Below are positions 12,266 through 24,380 of a DNA stretch of 64,000 nucleotides, in pieces (positions within the stretch are counted from its first letter, which is position 1; the number at the start of each line of letters is the position of its first letter). Origin of the DNA: Hydrolagus colliei (Eukaryota); NCBI GenBank assembly GCA_035084275.1, contig CM068745.1, positions 49,414,001-49,478,000 of the forward strand, written 5' to 3'. Both the position numbers and the translations under genes were made by a program. The notes beneath the pieces are model-generated. The model was given only the letters and a program-made list of their open reading frames with translations. It did no database searches and was not told the DNA's origin.

Positions 12266-13342
12266 GAATAGTGCCATGGGATCTTTAATGTTCACCTGAA
12301 CAGGCAGAAGGGTCTCAGACCAATGTCAAATGCAAAGGAAGGCAGCTCCGACAATGCAACACATTACAGTGCTGCACTTCAGTGTCATCTTACACTATTA
12401 AACCAAAGTCCAGTCTACCTGTTCAGGTGGATGTATCCCATTGCATTACTCAAAAAGAGCAAAATAGTTGCCCTGATGCCTTTGAAGCATTATAAGAGAG
12501 TTGTTCCTACATAAGAATATTGCATGTTACTAAACTTTGCCAGCTTGACACATATATTTATAATCACATTCATACTGAAGTTTGGTGAAATCCTATTCTG
12601 TTGTCTAGTCTACATTGTATTACCATGCATTTTGCCTATAATGTAATATCACTGAACACTTAAAATCAGTGAAATCTTGTGGATAATTATACTTGTGTAA
12701 CTTTTCTAACCTCATTAAAAATGAAACATTGTCTTTTCTTTATCTAATGTCCATGCTCTGCTTGGTACACTAATGAGGGAGAAGGAATGTGCAAACAGTT
12801 CCCTTATTTAATGATCTTGTTTTTACTGATGTGATCAAGCAGTCAAGGAATATTTTAATCAGATAGTTTTGTTTGGTGAACAGTAAAGGCAAATGGAAAG
12901 CGGAATAAACTAGACTTCAAGGAAAAACAAAGTAAATGTAGCTGTGGTAGCTGCTACTCTTCAGAATAGACCCAGCGGAATGAAATAAGGTATGACTTAA
13001 AGAAGGAAAGAAATGAAGTATAAGAAGAAACGACAAAAAAAATCCTACAACTACTTCTATTCTATGAAATGGTAACTAAATATTTCTGTAATCCATACAG
13101 CAATTAAACATTTGCAACTCACGCAAACTCTCTGTGAGCATGAGAGGCATCATAGCAAATGCAATATTTACAGTGATATCCTATTAAATGAATACTCAAT
13201 TTGACAGTGAAAAATATTCAAGAAATCAAACTATTCATATAACTGGATGAAACCACTGGAAATGCTCTCAATAAGAATAATAACAATAACTGTTTCGCCT
13301 GTGGAACATACAAGTGAAAGGAGCACGGACAGAGCAAATTGT

Positions 13343-14070
13343 GAAGTCCTGTAGCTCAGAGGTTTGAGCATTCGCCTTGCATGTAAGAGACCTGGGTTTG
13401 ATTCAAGACAGGGCAAAACATTGGGGAAGGGAAGTTTCCTTACTCCACATGGCCGATCATAATCCCTAAAAAAAAAAGGGTAATTTCTAGTATCCGGCGA
13501 TATATCGATATATCGGTTATATCAGTATAATTTTTCATATCGATATGCCAATATTAGAAATTTTAATATATCGGTATATCGAAAAATTCGGTATACAAAA
13601 AAATATCGGTATAGCGCAAAATATTGGTATATCGTGTCCGGCGATATATTGATATATCGGTTATATCGGTACAATATAAAACTTTTTCAACTTACCTAGC
13701 CGCCGGCATTGCAAACCTCCTGGGCCTAGAGCGCGCACATCGGTATGCGCACGCACCTCCGAATGCGCGTGCACCTCCGAATGCATGCACATACACAGGA
13801 TTAAAAAAAACGGCGATATCGATATATCAGTATGTATCGATATGAGCCCACCGATATATCGATATCGGAAAATTTCCATATTGACGAACCCTAGTAATTT
13901 CAATTCAACACTGTTTGTGGGACACAGCCATGCGCAATTGGCTGTGGCATTTCACCCACACAATATACAGTCAGTTCACTTTACAATATATTCTGTGAAG
14001 TGCTTTGAGATGTCTAGAAGACATGAAGAGCGCTAAATCAAATGCAAGAATTATTATTACTATTATTATT
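13343..14070 (+). mobile_element. tRNA-derived SINE (short variant) split by hAT MITE
   Basis: Head at 13343-13487; body and tail resume at 13894-14070. Confidence 0.9.
13488..13893 (+). mobile_element. Non-autonomous hAT-type MITE, copy 1
   Basis: Ends tagtatccggcgatat...atattgacgaacccta; perfect 8-bp TSD gtaatttc (13480-13487, 13894-13901); many cgatat/atatcg subterminal motifs. Confidence 0.9.
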
Positions 14071-15829
14071 AATGCATTAACATGCTGCATTGCAGAGGTA
14101 TAATGTGGGTTCCTAGTCTCACATTTGCTGACAAGGGAAGCACCCAGAGGACTGGGAGAGTTAAATGAGAACCCAGAGAGTGATGTTTGTGTGCAGTTGC
14201 TACCTAATGCTTATCGAGAGTTTAGCTGTAACAGAGATGTCTTGCAGTAACTTGCCTGCACACATTCCTAGATGTAATTGTATAAGTTACAAACAATCCT
14301 CCTAGAAGGGAATGTAAATTAATGTAAATATATATTTTATATAATGTATTTATCAATAAAAAGAGAAGCAACATTTCCAAATGATGTTATTGTAACTGTC
14401 TAATATGCTGTCATCAATTAACTGTCCAAATTGTCTCAATGTTCAAGCTATAAGACAATTTTAAAAAAATGTAAGCCTGTGCTGAGGTTTGGACACTTCT
14501 TAGATCAATGCTCAATTTAGAAGCATTTTCCTGCAATTCTTTAACCAAAAATCAGTTTCTGAAATAAGAGGAGGGTAAAAATAAACGCATGAAAGTTTTC
14601 CACATTCTTGTGGATTTGCCAGGGAATGACTGGAGTAGGAGATGGAGTCATTTGGGCTTATAAGAAGGAACAGACACCTGTAAAACAAGTTATCAGGGTC
14701 TTGAAGTAATATAAAAGGATGTATATCAGAGTACCTCCACAAAGATCATTATTATTATAAAATAGAAGATGAAAAGAATGCTTACAATGGAGTGATAGGG
14801 ATTTGCAGATCAGACATGATAAAGGGTACCTACCTATTAAACAGCAAGTTTTTATTTGTATTCTGTTCAGAAGGTGAGAGGAAATTTGGAAGACCTTCGT
14901 TATATGTGCAAGCAGTACTGCAAATTTTGTATACACTAAAGGAACAAACATTCTCTTTCTTGTAAAATCTTTGATGGTGCATTATTCTAATTGGAAAATC
15001 CTAATAGAAGCAAACATAATCAGTATTGCTACACAGACAATTTGAACACTATGGACTTCATAGAGTGAATATTTATTGGACAGAAGAGAGGTGTTTCCTC
15101 TTAAAAACAAGGCTGAGCTTCTGGAGTCAGTCTTAGCAGTGGATACCTATAGGATAGTGAGCTGCAGATTTTCAACAAGATCAAGAAAGTTCAAAGGTGA
15201 AGCCATTTATGCTTGGTTTATGCTGCACATGTAATAAATCATGAGAGCCAGTCAGCTTTCAGACAGAAAGCTGAATGGTTTTGCACAGGCTCTCGTGATT
15301 TGAAAGGTACTCTTCCTAACTTGAAGGGATGATTTTTTCAATGTTATTAAAGAGTCAGTCACATAATCTTGACAAACAGTCAGTTTAAAATTCCCATTGT
15401 GTCAGAAGAGAAGCTGCCTGAAGTCTCTTCAATAATGTGTTGTCGGTGAAATATCACTGTTTACCTCAATGTCCTTCAGTACTAAATGGCCAAATGGGCA
15501 GATGAAGACATTATTTGTTGCATTTTTTTAAGCTGAAATGGTCTCTGAAATTATTTATTTGGTATTCAGTTTCAGAAGAGTCTCAAAACCTGTAGAAGCT
15601 GCACCTTTTTTTTGATTAAAGACATATTTGCTGAATTATGGTCAGAAATGCACCAATTTCAGGCTTTTTAACTGTGAATTAGAACTTGCTGTTCTCCTTA
15701 TTTTATCCTGCTGTCATTCAATCAGGTGACTCTTGTATCAGTAACAGATTGTTACAATCAAATTCAACTTCTTAACCGATCGAATTATTAAATGATAAGA
15801 TTCTCGCTAATATATGAATGGACTAGATT

Positions 15830-16025
15830 GATAACAATAATCCTTACATTTGATATAGTGTTTTATGACATTGTTGAAACGTCTCAAAGTGTTTCACAGA
15901 ATATACTGTAAAGATGGATCGACTGTGTATTTTGTGGGTTAAATGTGGCAGCCAATTGCACACAGCAATTGCACACAGCCAATTGCACAGCCAATTGCAC
16001 ACACAACAACTAATGTTTATGGAAT
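15830..16025 (-). mobile_element. SINE 3' half with internal tandem duplication
   Basis: Family tail and core; caattgcac-containing unit repeated 4x at ~15950-16002. Confidence 0.8.
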
Positions 16026-17200
16026 TATCAAAGATCACACAGAATTTTTAAAGTAAATTGCCTTTGATCCCATTTCAGTTAATTCTGTCTTATGTTAAAA
16101 ATTGTCATTTTTGTTTTTATATTACTCATGCAGCACTTAAACTCAAAGTATAAAATCATTATAGATGACAAACCACATTCAGAGTTAAACAAATTACTTG
16201 GGTGTGTGGGTTTTACCCTAAGGGAATATAAATATATATGATTCCACCTGCATTCCAACAATTAAATATTTATTGTGGCTGATTTCAGGTGCAACATCGG
16301 CAAACATAAGAGGTAATAAATTTGAGAATAACTGAACTGCCAGATCGTTCTGAGATTTGTTGTTTCTGGATAAAGCAAGAAGAATTCTGAAGACTGAACG
16401 GTGGAGGCTTAATGCAACCAAATTCTAATATCTACAGTGTGATGAATAGATATCATTTTAATAACTAATGAAGTTTTGGCTTTCTTCACCTCTCCACTCT
16501 GGGAATATGCTAAGGAATGTGTAGTGGAATTATTTACATATTCTTCGAGAAATTAACTTCAATTTAATTGTTTTCTGCTAAATTGAAACAGATTTCTGGA
16601 AAAGATGCAGTCAATATTATTCAGTGTAAGGATGGCATATTCAGATTTTCTCCAGGGAATGCTTAAATTATATGTCTTGCTCTTACTTGAAAAGAGTTTT
16701 AACTGACAAAATTAGGAGAGAAACCTTTCCATGCATTTTGAAATTAGACATAAGTAGGTCTAATTTGAGTTATTTATTAATAAAGTTCCTGAAAAAATAG
16801 ATCTAAATCACATAAATGGAACTCCTTCTGATAACTGGAGATTTGTGACGTTCCGAAGGGGACTTCTTACAGTTAGATAGGAATTCTAGAAGTACCTGAA
16901 GTGAGATTTCAAAGATAGCAAATGAATAGTTAACAAGATTGTGAAATGGGAAAGCTGAGTTACAATTGCCCCTTCAGACTGTTCAACTAAGGAAAATTAC
17001 AGTCTTGACAGTCAAAACTTGTGGTCCTCATCTTATACTCTGATGTTCACAATGCCAACAGCTAAATTATAAACCGCAAACAATTGTGAAAATGACTTAT
17101 CTAAATTATGCGGAGAGGGCAGCTGGTCCAAACAAACCAATCAAGCTGGATGCATTTCAAAAACTTTCTCTGTGGGAACTGGAATCTCTCCAATGCAGAT

Positions 17201-17342
17201 TTCTAACATAAAATCTAAAAAATGATGAAAATCCACAGCAACTTCATCAGCTGCAAAAAGAAACACCAATTCATGTTTTAGATATGACCCTTCATCAATT
17301 TTATTTCAGATTTTGAACATTTTAATTTTTTCTTTTATTCTC
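17201..17342 (-). mobile_element. Third, more degenerate Penelope-like pLTR remnant
   Basis: gacccttcatcaa (minus ttgatgaagggtc) and inverted end ttatttcagatttt; flanked by TGCAGAT at 17194-17200 and 17343-17349. Confidence 0.45.
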
Positions 17343-18204
17343 TGCAGATGGGGTGGGCATTTTGCTAAGCTCCATGTAATGTTTTTGGCAAGTCATTCTG
17401 TTCCACTAGTACAAGCTGTACTGTATTCTTTGTTAACTGGCAGAAATCCAGACATCTATAGTGAGGCATTCATTGACAGTTGAAAAAGATAAACAACCTT
17501 GGGTACTTGCAACAATCTTCCAGTTCATTGCTAAATATGCTTTGCAAAATTCTTGAGGAAATTCCAGCTCACGCTGATTAATGAATAACTCAATCTCATC
17601 ACAAGTATGCTGCAGCCATGCATCCTATTTGCCTAATTCCGAAAAGTATTAGGTGCAGGTTGGACAGCGCCAATGCTTTGGCACCCTAGAGTTTGCATTG
17701 GGGTACTGCTAAAACTGCATAGCTTGGCATTGTCTGCAAGCTTTCCAATTACTTGTCCAGAAAGGATCACCCTACGTGTTAGGAATTGGGCTTTGAAGAT
17801 TAACAGGGGTAAGTGGGAAGAGTTCCTGCCACCATTGACTGGTCTATCCTTCCAGGTGCTGCCAATAAGGCAGCCCACCAATGCACTCCACAAACAACAA
17901 TGGTGCGTGGGATAAGGAGAATTGTTTGTACACAGATCTTCTATGCAACAAACTTTAACTGCATTGGAACAAGGGGTATCTGTCCGAATTGTTGAATCTT
18001 ATCAGTAGCTGGGGGTTGTTGTTAACATTAACTTTTTTCTGGACATTTTTTTTGAAGCACTGTGCAGAGAATAGATGAAGGGCACTCTGGGCTTGACCTT
18101 CCCTTCATAAATTGCTAGAAGTCAGTGATTTTCTTTTTTCAAGGGCATACCTTCCTCTAAGGATTTTAGTTTTAAAACATTTTTTCAAGCACTGAGGTGA
18201 ATCA

Positions 18205-18583
18205 AAGCCCTACATGTCCTCGCCCCACCCTATCTCTGAGACCTCCTAACCCCCTACCAACCTGCCGCCTCCTCCACTCAGGAGGCTCCGGCCTGCTCCA
18301 TGTTCCCCGACCCACCATTGGCAGACAAGCCTTCAGCTGTTCTGCCACTAACCTGAAGAACTCCATCCCACAATCCCTTCACCTCGTCCCCTCCTTAGCC
18401 TCCTTCAAGCCCCATCTCAAGACGCTCCTCTTCGATGGTCCCATCGGTCACCCTGAATCCCCCCTTTCCCTCCACCCTGCCTGTCCCTGACCCCAGCTTG
18501 GGTCTGAAACAATGACTGTCCAGTGCCTTGGGACGTCCTCCTTACATGAAAGGTACTATACGAGTATATTTTTGTTGCTGTTG
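18205..18583 (+). mobile_element. L2 LINE 3' fragment
   Basis: TIGRQAFSCSATNLKNSIP...SFKPHLKTLLF plus L2 tail; a further L2 3' relic follows at ~18650-18870. Confidence 0.85.
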
Positions 18584-19663
18584 AATGGGATAAACATATT
18601 CTAGGGAATTTTATAATTAATTTAATTTGTACATATATAAAATTCCCACCCTCTGCAACTCAGTCCCTCCGCCTTACCCCATCCCATGCCTCCATCAATT
18701 TTCATCTCAAAACTCTCCTCTTCAACCATGCACTTGATCGCTTTCCATCCCCCACTGCCCCCCACAACTGCCCTCCACCCTATCCAATCCCAATCCTCAT
18801 CTTGGGTCGAAAATACTGATGTTCCAGCACATTGAAATGTCCTCTCAACGTGAAGGGAAGTATACAAATATAATTTTAATCTTGATGGTTCAATAGTTTA
18901 AAAGCCCCCAAAGAATACCCTGACCCACCTCTCATTTCCCATTCTAATGCAACACTGTAGACAGTTGAATAAATCAAACCCATTTGTTCCGACTCAAGAA
19001 AATAATACAATGGGTTCCACACACAGCATTAAATAATTAAATAATGGAACTCAGATTTTAAAAACACATTAAAGATGCTTCAACTATTAGAATCAAACAC
19101 TGACCATAGGAAATGGTTGAGGGAACACTACAAATTTTGATTGTCCCACTTCTTAGTTTACACAGGTGGAACCCCAGTTCCCTCCATGCTACCATTGGTG
19201 GGCACGCCTTCAGCCACTATGCTTCTACTGCTCTGTGCTCCCTGTATCAATCTCTCTGCCTGGCCTCCTTTCTATTCATCTTGGAATCCCACCACTTCAA
19301 CCATATCTTTGGTCACCAAACACTTCAACTTCCCCCTTCTCCAATCCCTTCTCCGCTGTGCAGCACTCCGAGATGCTGTCCGATATAAATGCAAACTGTT
19401 ATTGTTATTCAGCAAGTGAAACAAGGTAAATATTTTCCTTACAGCTGTCACATTGCAGTGAGTAGACATAATGTCTAATAGTGTAAATTTTGTAAAAATC
19501 TAATTTAATGGTGTTTACACCTGTTAGCAATCATTATTAAATTATATTGTACAGAACAAATCCATCCCAGGTTAAAGTTTCATTAAAACTGTTTTAATAT
19601 GTTCAGAATTTCATAGATTTCCTTTGCAAATCTTCTGTTTGTGATAGGGTTAAAACTACAGTA

Positions 19664-20547
19664 CAGGTAGACCCCGCTTACCGAACGCCCGGTTACTGAA
19701 ACTTCACTATAACGAGGGTTTCTATTTGTACTTCTCCGCTTAACAAAGGCTGCTTTCGCTATAACAAATGTTTACACACACTTTAAATCTCGCAGGCTTC
19801 TCATGCGCAGCTTCTCGTGCGCAGTTTCTCTCTGGTTGCCCCAGCAACACACACTCAGTCTTTAGCGTGCCACAGTTAAGCAGTGCAGCCCCTCCCATAT
19901 GGGACGAGCTTAAGCGGCAGGATGCTTTGTGGCTTCAATAATAGTAAGTTGAGATGGGGGTGGGAGATAGAGAAATGTGGTGGGATAGGGACGGGAGGGG
20001 GGATAGAGAGGAGATGGGATAGAGTGGGGAGAGAGACTTAGAGAGGAGAGGGAGATAGAGAGATGGGGTGGGGATAGAGGGGAGGGGTTTTAGAGAGGGA
20101 GGGGGGATAGAGAGATAGAGAGGAGGGGGGCGGTAGAGAGAAAGAAAGGGAGGGTAGGGAGAAAGAGGGGGGCGGGGTGGGTGTGGAAGAGAGGAGGGGG
20201 AGGAAGAAAGAAGCGCATCACATATCTGAAAATGCCAGGGCCCAGGTTGCGATATTTCAGTGCGGTGACTGTGAAGACCTGGCCTGGAGCAGGTAGGATT
20301 GTCGTTTTTATTCCTGCAATGTTTGTCACATTCTGGAATCCGGAGCTCCGGACTTTTGGCTACTCAACCTATGCAACGAAAATGTTAGCGCTAGGAACTA
20401 AACTGATTTTAGCGGAGAGGCTCGGGTCGGTGTGGCGTTTTGGCTGCGGCCAAATACAGTAATACAATTAAACTCTCGCTTAACAAAACTTTCACTTAAC
20501 AAAGGGTTTTAAAGTCCTTAACCCCTTCGTTAAGCGGGGTCTACCTG
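19664..20547. mobile_element. Tc1/mariner (pogo/Tigger-type) MITE
   Basis: Perfect 17-bp TIR caggtagaccccgctta (extends to ~22 bp); TA TSD; subterminal cgcttaac/cactataac repeats; internal G/A-rich tract at ~19950-20210. Confidence 0.9.
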
Positions 20548-20954
20548 TATTCCTAAAGGCATGGATTTTATCCTTAATTAAGCAACAACAACAAAAAATG
20601 TGCTTTGAATTCACACTCCTCACTTCAATGTTTTAATAATACAGCATTGTATTAGAGCCCAAATCTGATTGATAATCTTATCAACTGCCAAATTAGATGT
20701 TTCCTTACTGAGGCTGCATTTTTGCTAAATGGGAGGGCCTTTTAAATGTTGCTTTATAAGATATTGATTTAGTTATATCGTAAATGTGCAAAATTGAGTG
20801 TCCACAGACTAAACTAAAAAATGTAAGAATGAGCTGGCCAGCGTGGTCCATAGCCAACATCTCTGTATTCCTCTTTTACAAGTCAACAATTTCTACAAGC
20901 CTTACTCCATGCCCACATACAATACTGGCCTGACTATTGATAGTCTGTACAAAG

Positions 20955-21265
20955 TAGTGTCCGGCGATATACAGTATTGATATATTGTTTATATCGGTAT
21001 AATTTTTCATATCGATATGCCGATATTGGAAATTCAAATATATAAATATATCGAAAAACTCGATTTGAAAAAAAAATCGATAGATCGCAATATCGTGTCT
21101 GGCAAACTTTTTCAACTTACCTTGTCGCCGGCGTTGCAAACCTCCTGGGCCTAGAGCACGGAATGCGCGTGCATATCGGAATGCGCGCGCGATACATACC
21201 AATATATATCAATATAAGCCCACCGATATATCGATATCGGAAAATTTCCATATCGATGGACCCTA
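20955..21265 (+). mobile_element. hAT-type MITE, copy 2
   Basis: tagtgtccggcgatat...atatcgatggacccta; flanks gtacaaag/ataccaag (6/8). Confidence 0.87.
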
Positions 21266-21864
21266 ATACCAAGGTAAGCTTGCAATTGAAACAGCAAGAC
21301 AGCAAATTAGGGACTGAGTGGCAAGGACACCAGTGAGTTTGTGGCACACTAATGGGAGAGCAGGAGCTGATTAATGAATTTGCAGTTACAGCAATGCAGA
21401 ACACCACAGAGGTGTTGATAGAGAAGTCAGCAAAGAGCACAAAACAAAACAGGTCACCTGTAAGTGAAAGAAAGGGCCCTTTGGAACAATGTGTTACAAA
21501 TCATGTTGATTCAATGATGCAATCATTAGAACAAATCTTCACGGATCAGAGGCAGTTCTTTCTTATTGAACAAGTAAAATATATTGACATTTTTATTTCT
21601 GTACATGTTTTTTTCACCATAGAGGTCAAAGAGTCCTATTGATATTTTATATTGATCATCCGTGTAATTATTTCTGATCCACATAACATGGAAATATAAA
21701 CTATAATATAACAGAGATCATGACAAGAAATGCTCATTAGAAAACTACTGAACATGTAATTCATCCCCTGAGAGAAGAAGGATCAAATAATATACAAGCC
21801 TCATACTTAATCAACAAAATAACATTAATGGCTTCAAATGAAATAGAAACAAAGAGCCATGGAT

Positions 21865-21912
21865 ACATATATATTATATATATATATATATATTATATAT
21901 ATTATATATATA
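21865..21912. repeat. Imperfect (TA)n microsatellite
   Basis: Directly visible. Confidence 0.9.
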
Positions 21913-24011
21913 GCACGGTAAGAGACCATTTGGTCCATTGTTTCATGCTGGTGTTTGCTCCTCGAAGAAGCTATCCATCCTAATGCCAACTCCCTGCTTT
22001 TTCTCCTGTACCCACATTTGCATGTGTTGGTCCACCTTTTTCCAAATGCCTCCAACAGCTCTGCTATAACACCATGGCCAGAATAGTTTTTTTTTACCTG
22101 AGACTTAAATGTCATTCCAATAACACATACAATCTTGCGCTCTCCCCAAATTGGTGGAGACATTGACCCTTGTAATTGATATTTAACCAAGGACAACTAA
22201 CTGTATTTCAGAGATGTGGATCCTAACAGCAAATCAAAACAAACCAGAAAAGGCAGAGAGTATATGAACAATTAATATGTTGAAAGCAAAAAAAACACAA
22301 ATTAGTTAAAATAGAAACGAATACAAATGGAAGAAGAAACAAACAGGAAAGAAGTGATATTTAAAAATGGCTTATTCAAAATTATTTAAAGGACTTTTGC
22401 ATTCAAATTGCTAACTAACGTAGCAGGATTAATATTATAGATTGTACTTCAGCATTATGACATGTGAATTCCAATCTCAAAGACTGATTCAGGAGGGATA
22501 GAGAATTCTTGCCAGGATAGTTCATCCATCTATCCTCTTTCTTTCAGGCAGCAGAATTGGGAGAATTGACAAAGAAGCTTGTCCACATATTATCATTCAC
22601 CGCACAGAGCAGTGACTCCACACTACATCAGATCAAAAGTCCAACATTGTACAGCAGTGTGAATAATTTATACTTCTTGTCTCAGGAGCTTGTTTGATTT
22701 CTCTGAGTTAGGTTAAGAAGTTAAGTTAAGAAGATAAGTTGAAATGGCTTTTACACAATGGTGAATAGACTTACACAATAAGTTCCAGGGATAGCAAGTG
22801 AAGTGGATAGTATGAAAGGTTTCAAGAGTTATTGCATTTCTAGAGAGAGGGATTGAATATAGATGCCTTCTTATTTGAACAGTTGAGTGTCTGAGACATG
22901 CAAAACCCCAACACCATGTTTAAAAGTATCTAAACCATACTGAGATTTTCACAGATATATGCTTCCTCCACATGGCCTGTATAGAATGAAATGAATGCTT
23001 CCCCTTTGGCAGGATGCACTTCCTTCTCTACGTTTGGATATTATTAAGCACAGGTCAACAGGAGCCAAGGCTTCATGACCCCAAAGTGTGCACTGTATGT
23101 GGGAGAGGTAAGGTTACTGGTAGAAATTAAACATCAAAACCACAAAGCTTACCATTGAGAACAGTGTTTCCCCACTGCTTTTCCAGCTAGGACCCCCCAT
23201 CCCAAAATATATGCCAGGTAGATGGTACTGATTTACCACAAAAGGTGAGCCTGATAAGCCTAGTGGCCTTTTTACATTCTTGGGAATTCTATTGCTCCTC
23301 CAGTAAAGGTGGAACAGGAGAAAAGGACGATTATTATATCAAATATAGTTGAAAATAAGAAGTGCCCTTCATTCATTTTCAAGATAACTATGCACTATAT
23401 CTGATTTTCCAAGGATTAAATAAGAAATGAATTGCAATTGAAATAGCAATACTCTATTAACGATGAACTGGGGAAGTATTGGAGCCAGACTGCATCATCA
23501 AATTCAAGAGGCAATTAGATAACGTTGTGGCCACAAAATTGATTGAGGGAATGAAAAGTATAGTAATGTATAATTTCTATTTATTTAAATTTGTTCCTAA
23601 AGTATTACAAAGCAAATTGTAATATTGTGCAGGACTAAATCATGGTGACACGCATCTTAAATATCAATGAATTTAAGAGGGAACTTGATGCGTACATGAA
23701 GGAGAAGACAGTAGAGAAACATAGTTCAATATGGCCAAGATTCCTTCACTTCTGTCAGTATCATCATCTCTGGCTCTAACCTCCTCAGCCTTCTTAGGTT
23801 TCAAAATCACTGGACCTGTGCATAATCTCATCACCTGGATTGATACCCAGTTATGGATCTGACCCCAATTTTTTTCTATAACAAGAACTGCTTTTCTCCA
23901 TCTCCACTGTATTGATGTTGATGACTGTGCTGACTTTATTAATGCATTGTAATATGTCACCCGGGCTCAGTTGGTAGCAATCCTGCTGCTGAGTCAGAGG
24001 CTTGTGGCTTT

Positions 24012-24380
24012 AACAACAACAACTTTGATTTATATAGTGCCTTTCACACTGGACAGCATCTCAAAGCACTTCACAACAACAGGGCCCGAGCCAGGGGGAG
24101 GGGGAGAAAGGTGACCGAAGGCGCAGTCGAACTGAAAGGTCTTTAGCCGAGACCTGAAACTAGGAAGAGAGGGAGCGAGGCAAATGGAGTAAGGAAGGGA
24201 ATTCCAGAGCTTTGGGGCATAGTGGCTGAAGGCATGGCCGCCGAAGGTGGAGCGGAGGATTCGAGGGACAAGGAGGAGACCAGAACCAGAGGAGCGAAGG
24301 CAATGGGTGCTGTTTTGGGGAGAGAGGAGGTCGGAGAGGTAGGGCGGTGCAGAGGAGTGGAGAGAATTGAAGAATATTTA
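24012..24380 (-). mobile_element. L2 LINE 3' fragment
   Basis: Antisense of ggcggccatgccttcagccactatgccccaaagctctggaattccct, with an aacaacaac tail at 24012. Confidence 0.8.

Larger units (their letters stand above)
14470..18060. pseudogene. Unidentified fossil coding-like block
   Basis: Complex sequence nearly free of simple repeats, with 70-100 codon open stretches; frame is restored across the 17201-17349 insertion; product not recognised. Confidence 0.3.

Noticed and set aside
17500-17560. LPVHxxxCFA resemblance to the sacsin LPVHINGCFA motif
   Set aside because: Contains a stop, and flanking residues do not match; likely chance.
19950-20210. G/A-rich tract as promoter or G4 element
   Set aside because: Low-complexity expansion inside a MITE; no independent support for function.
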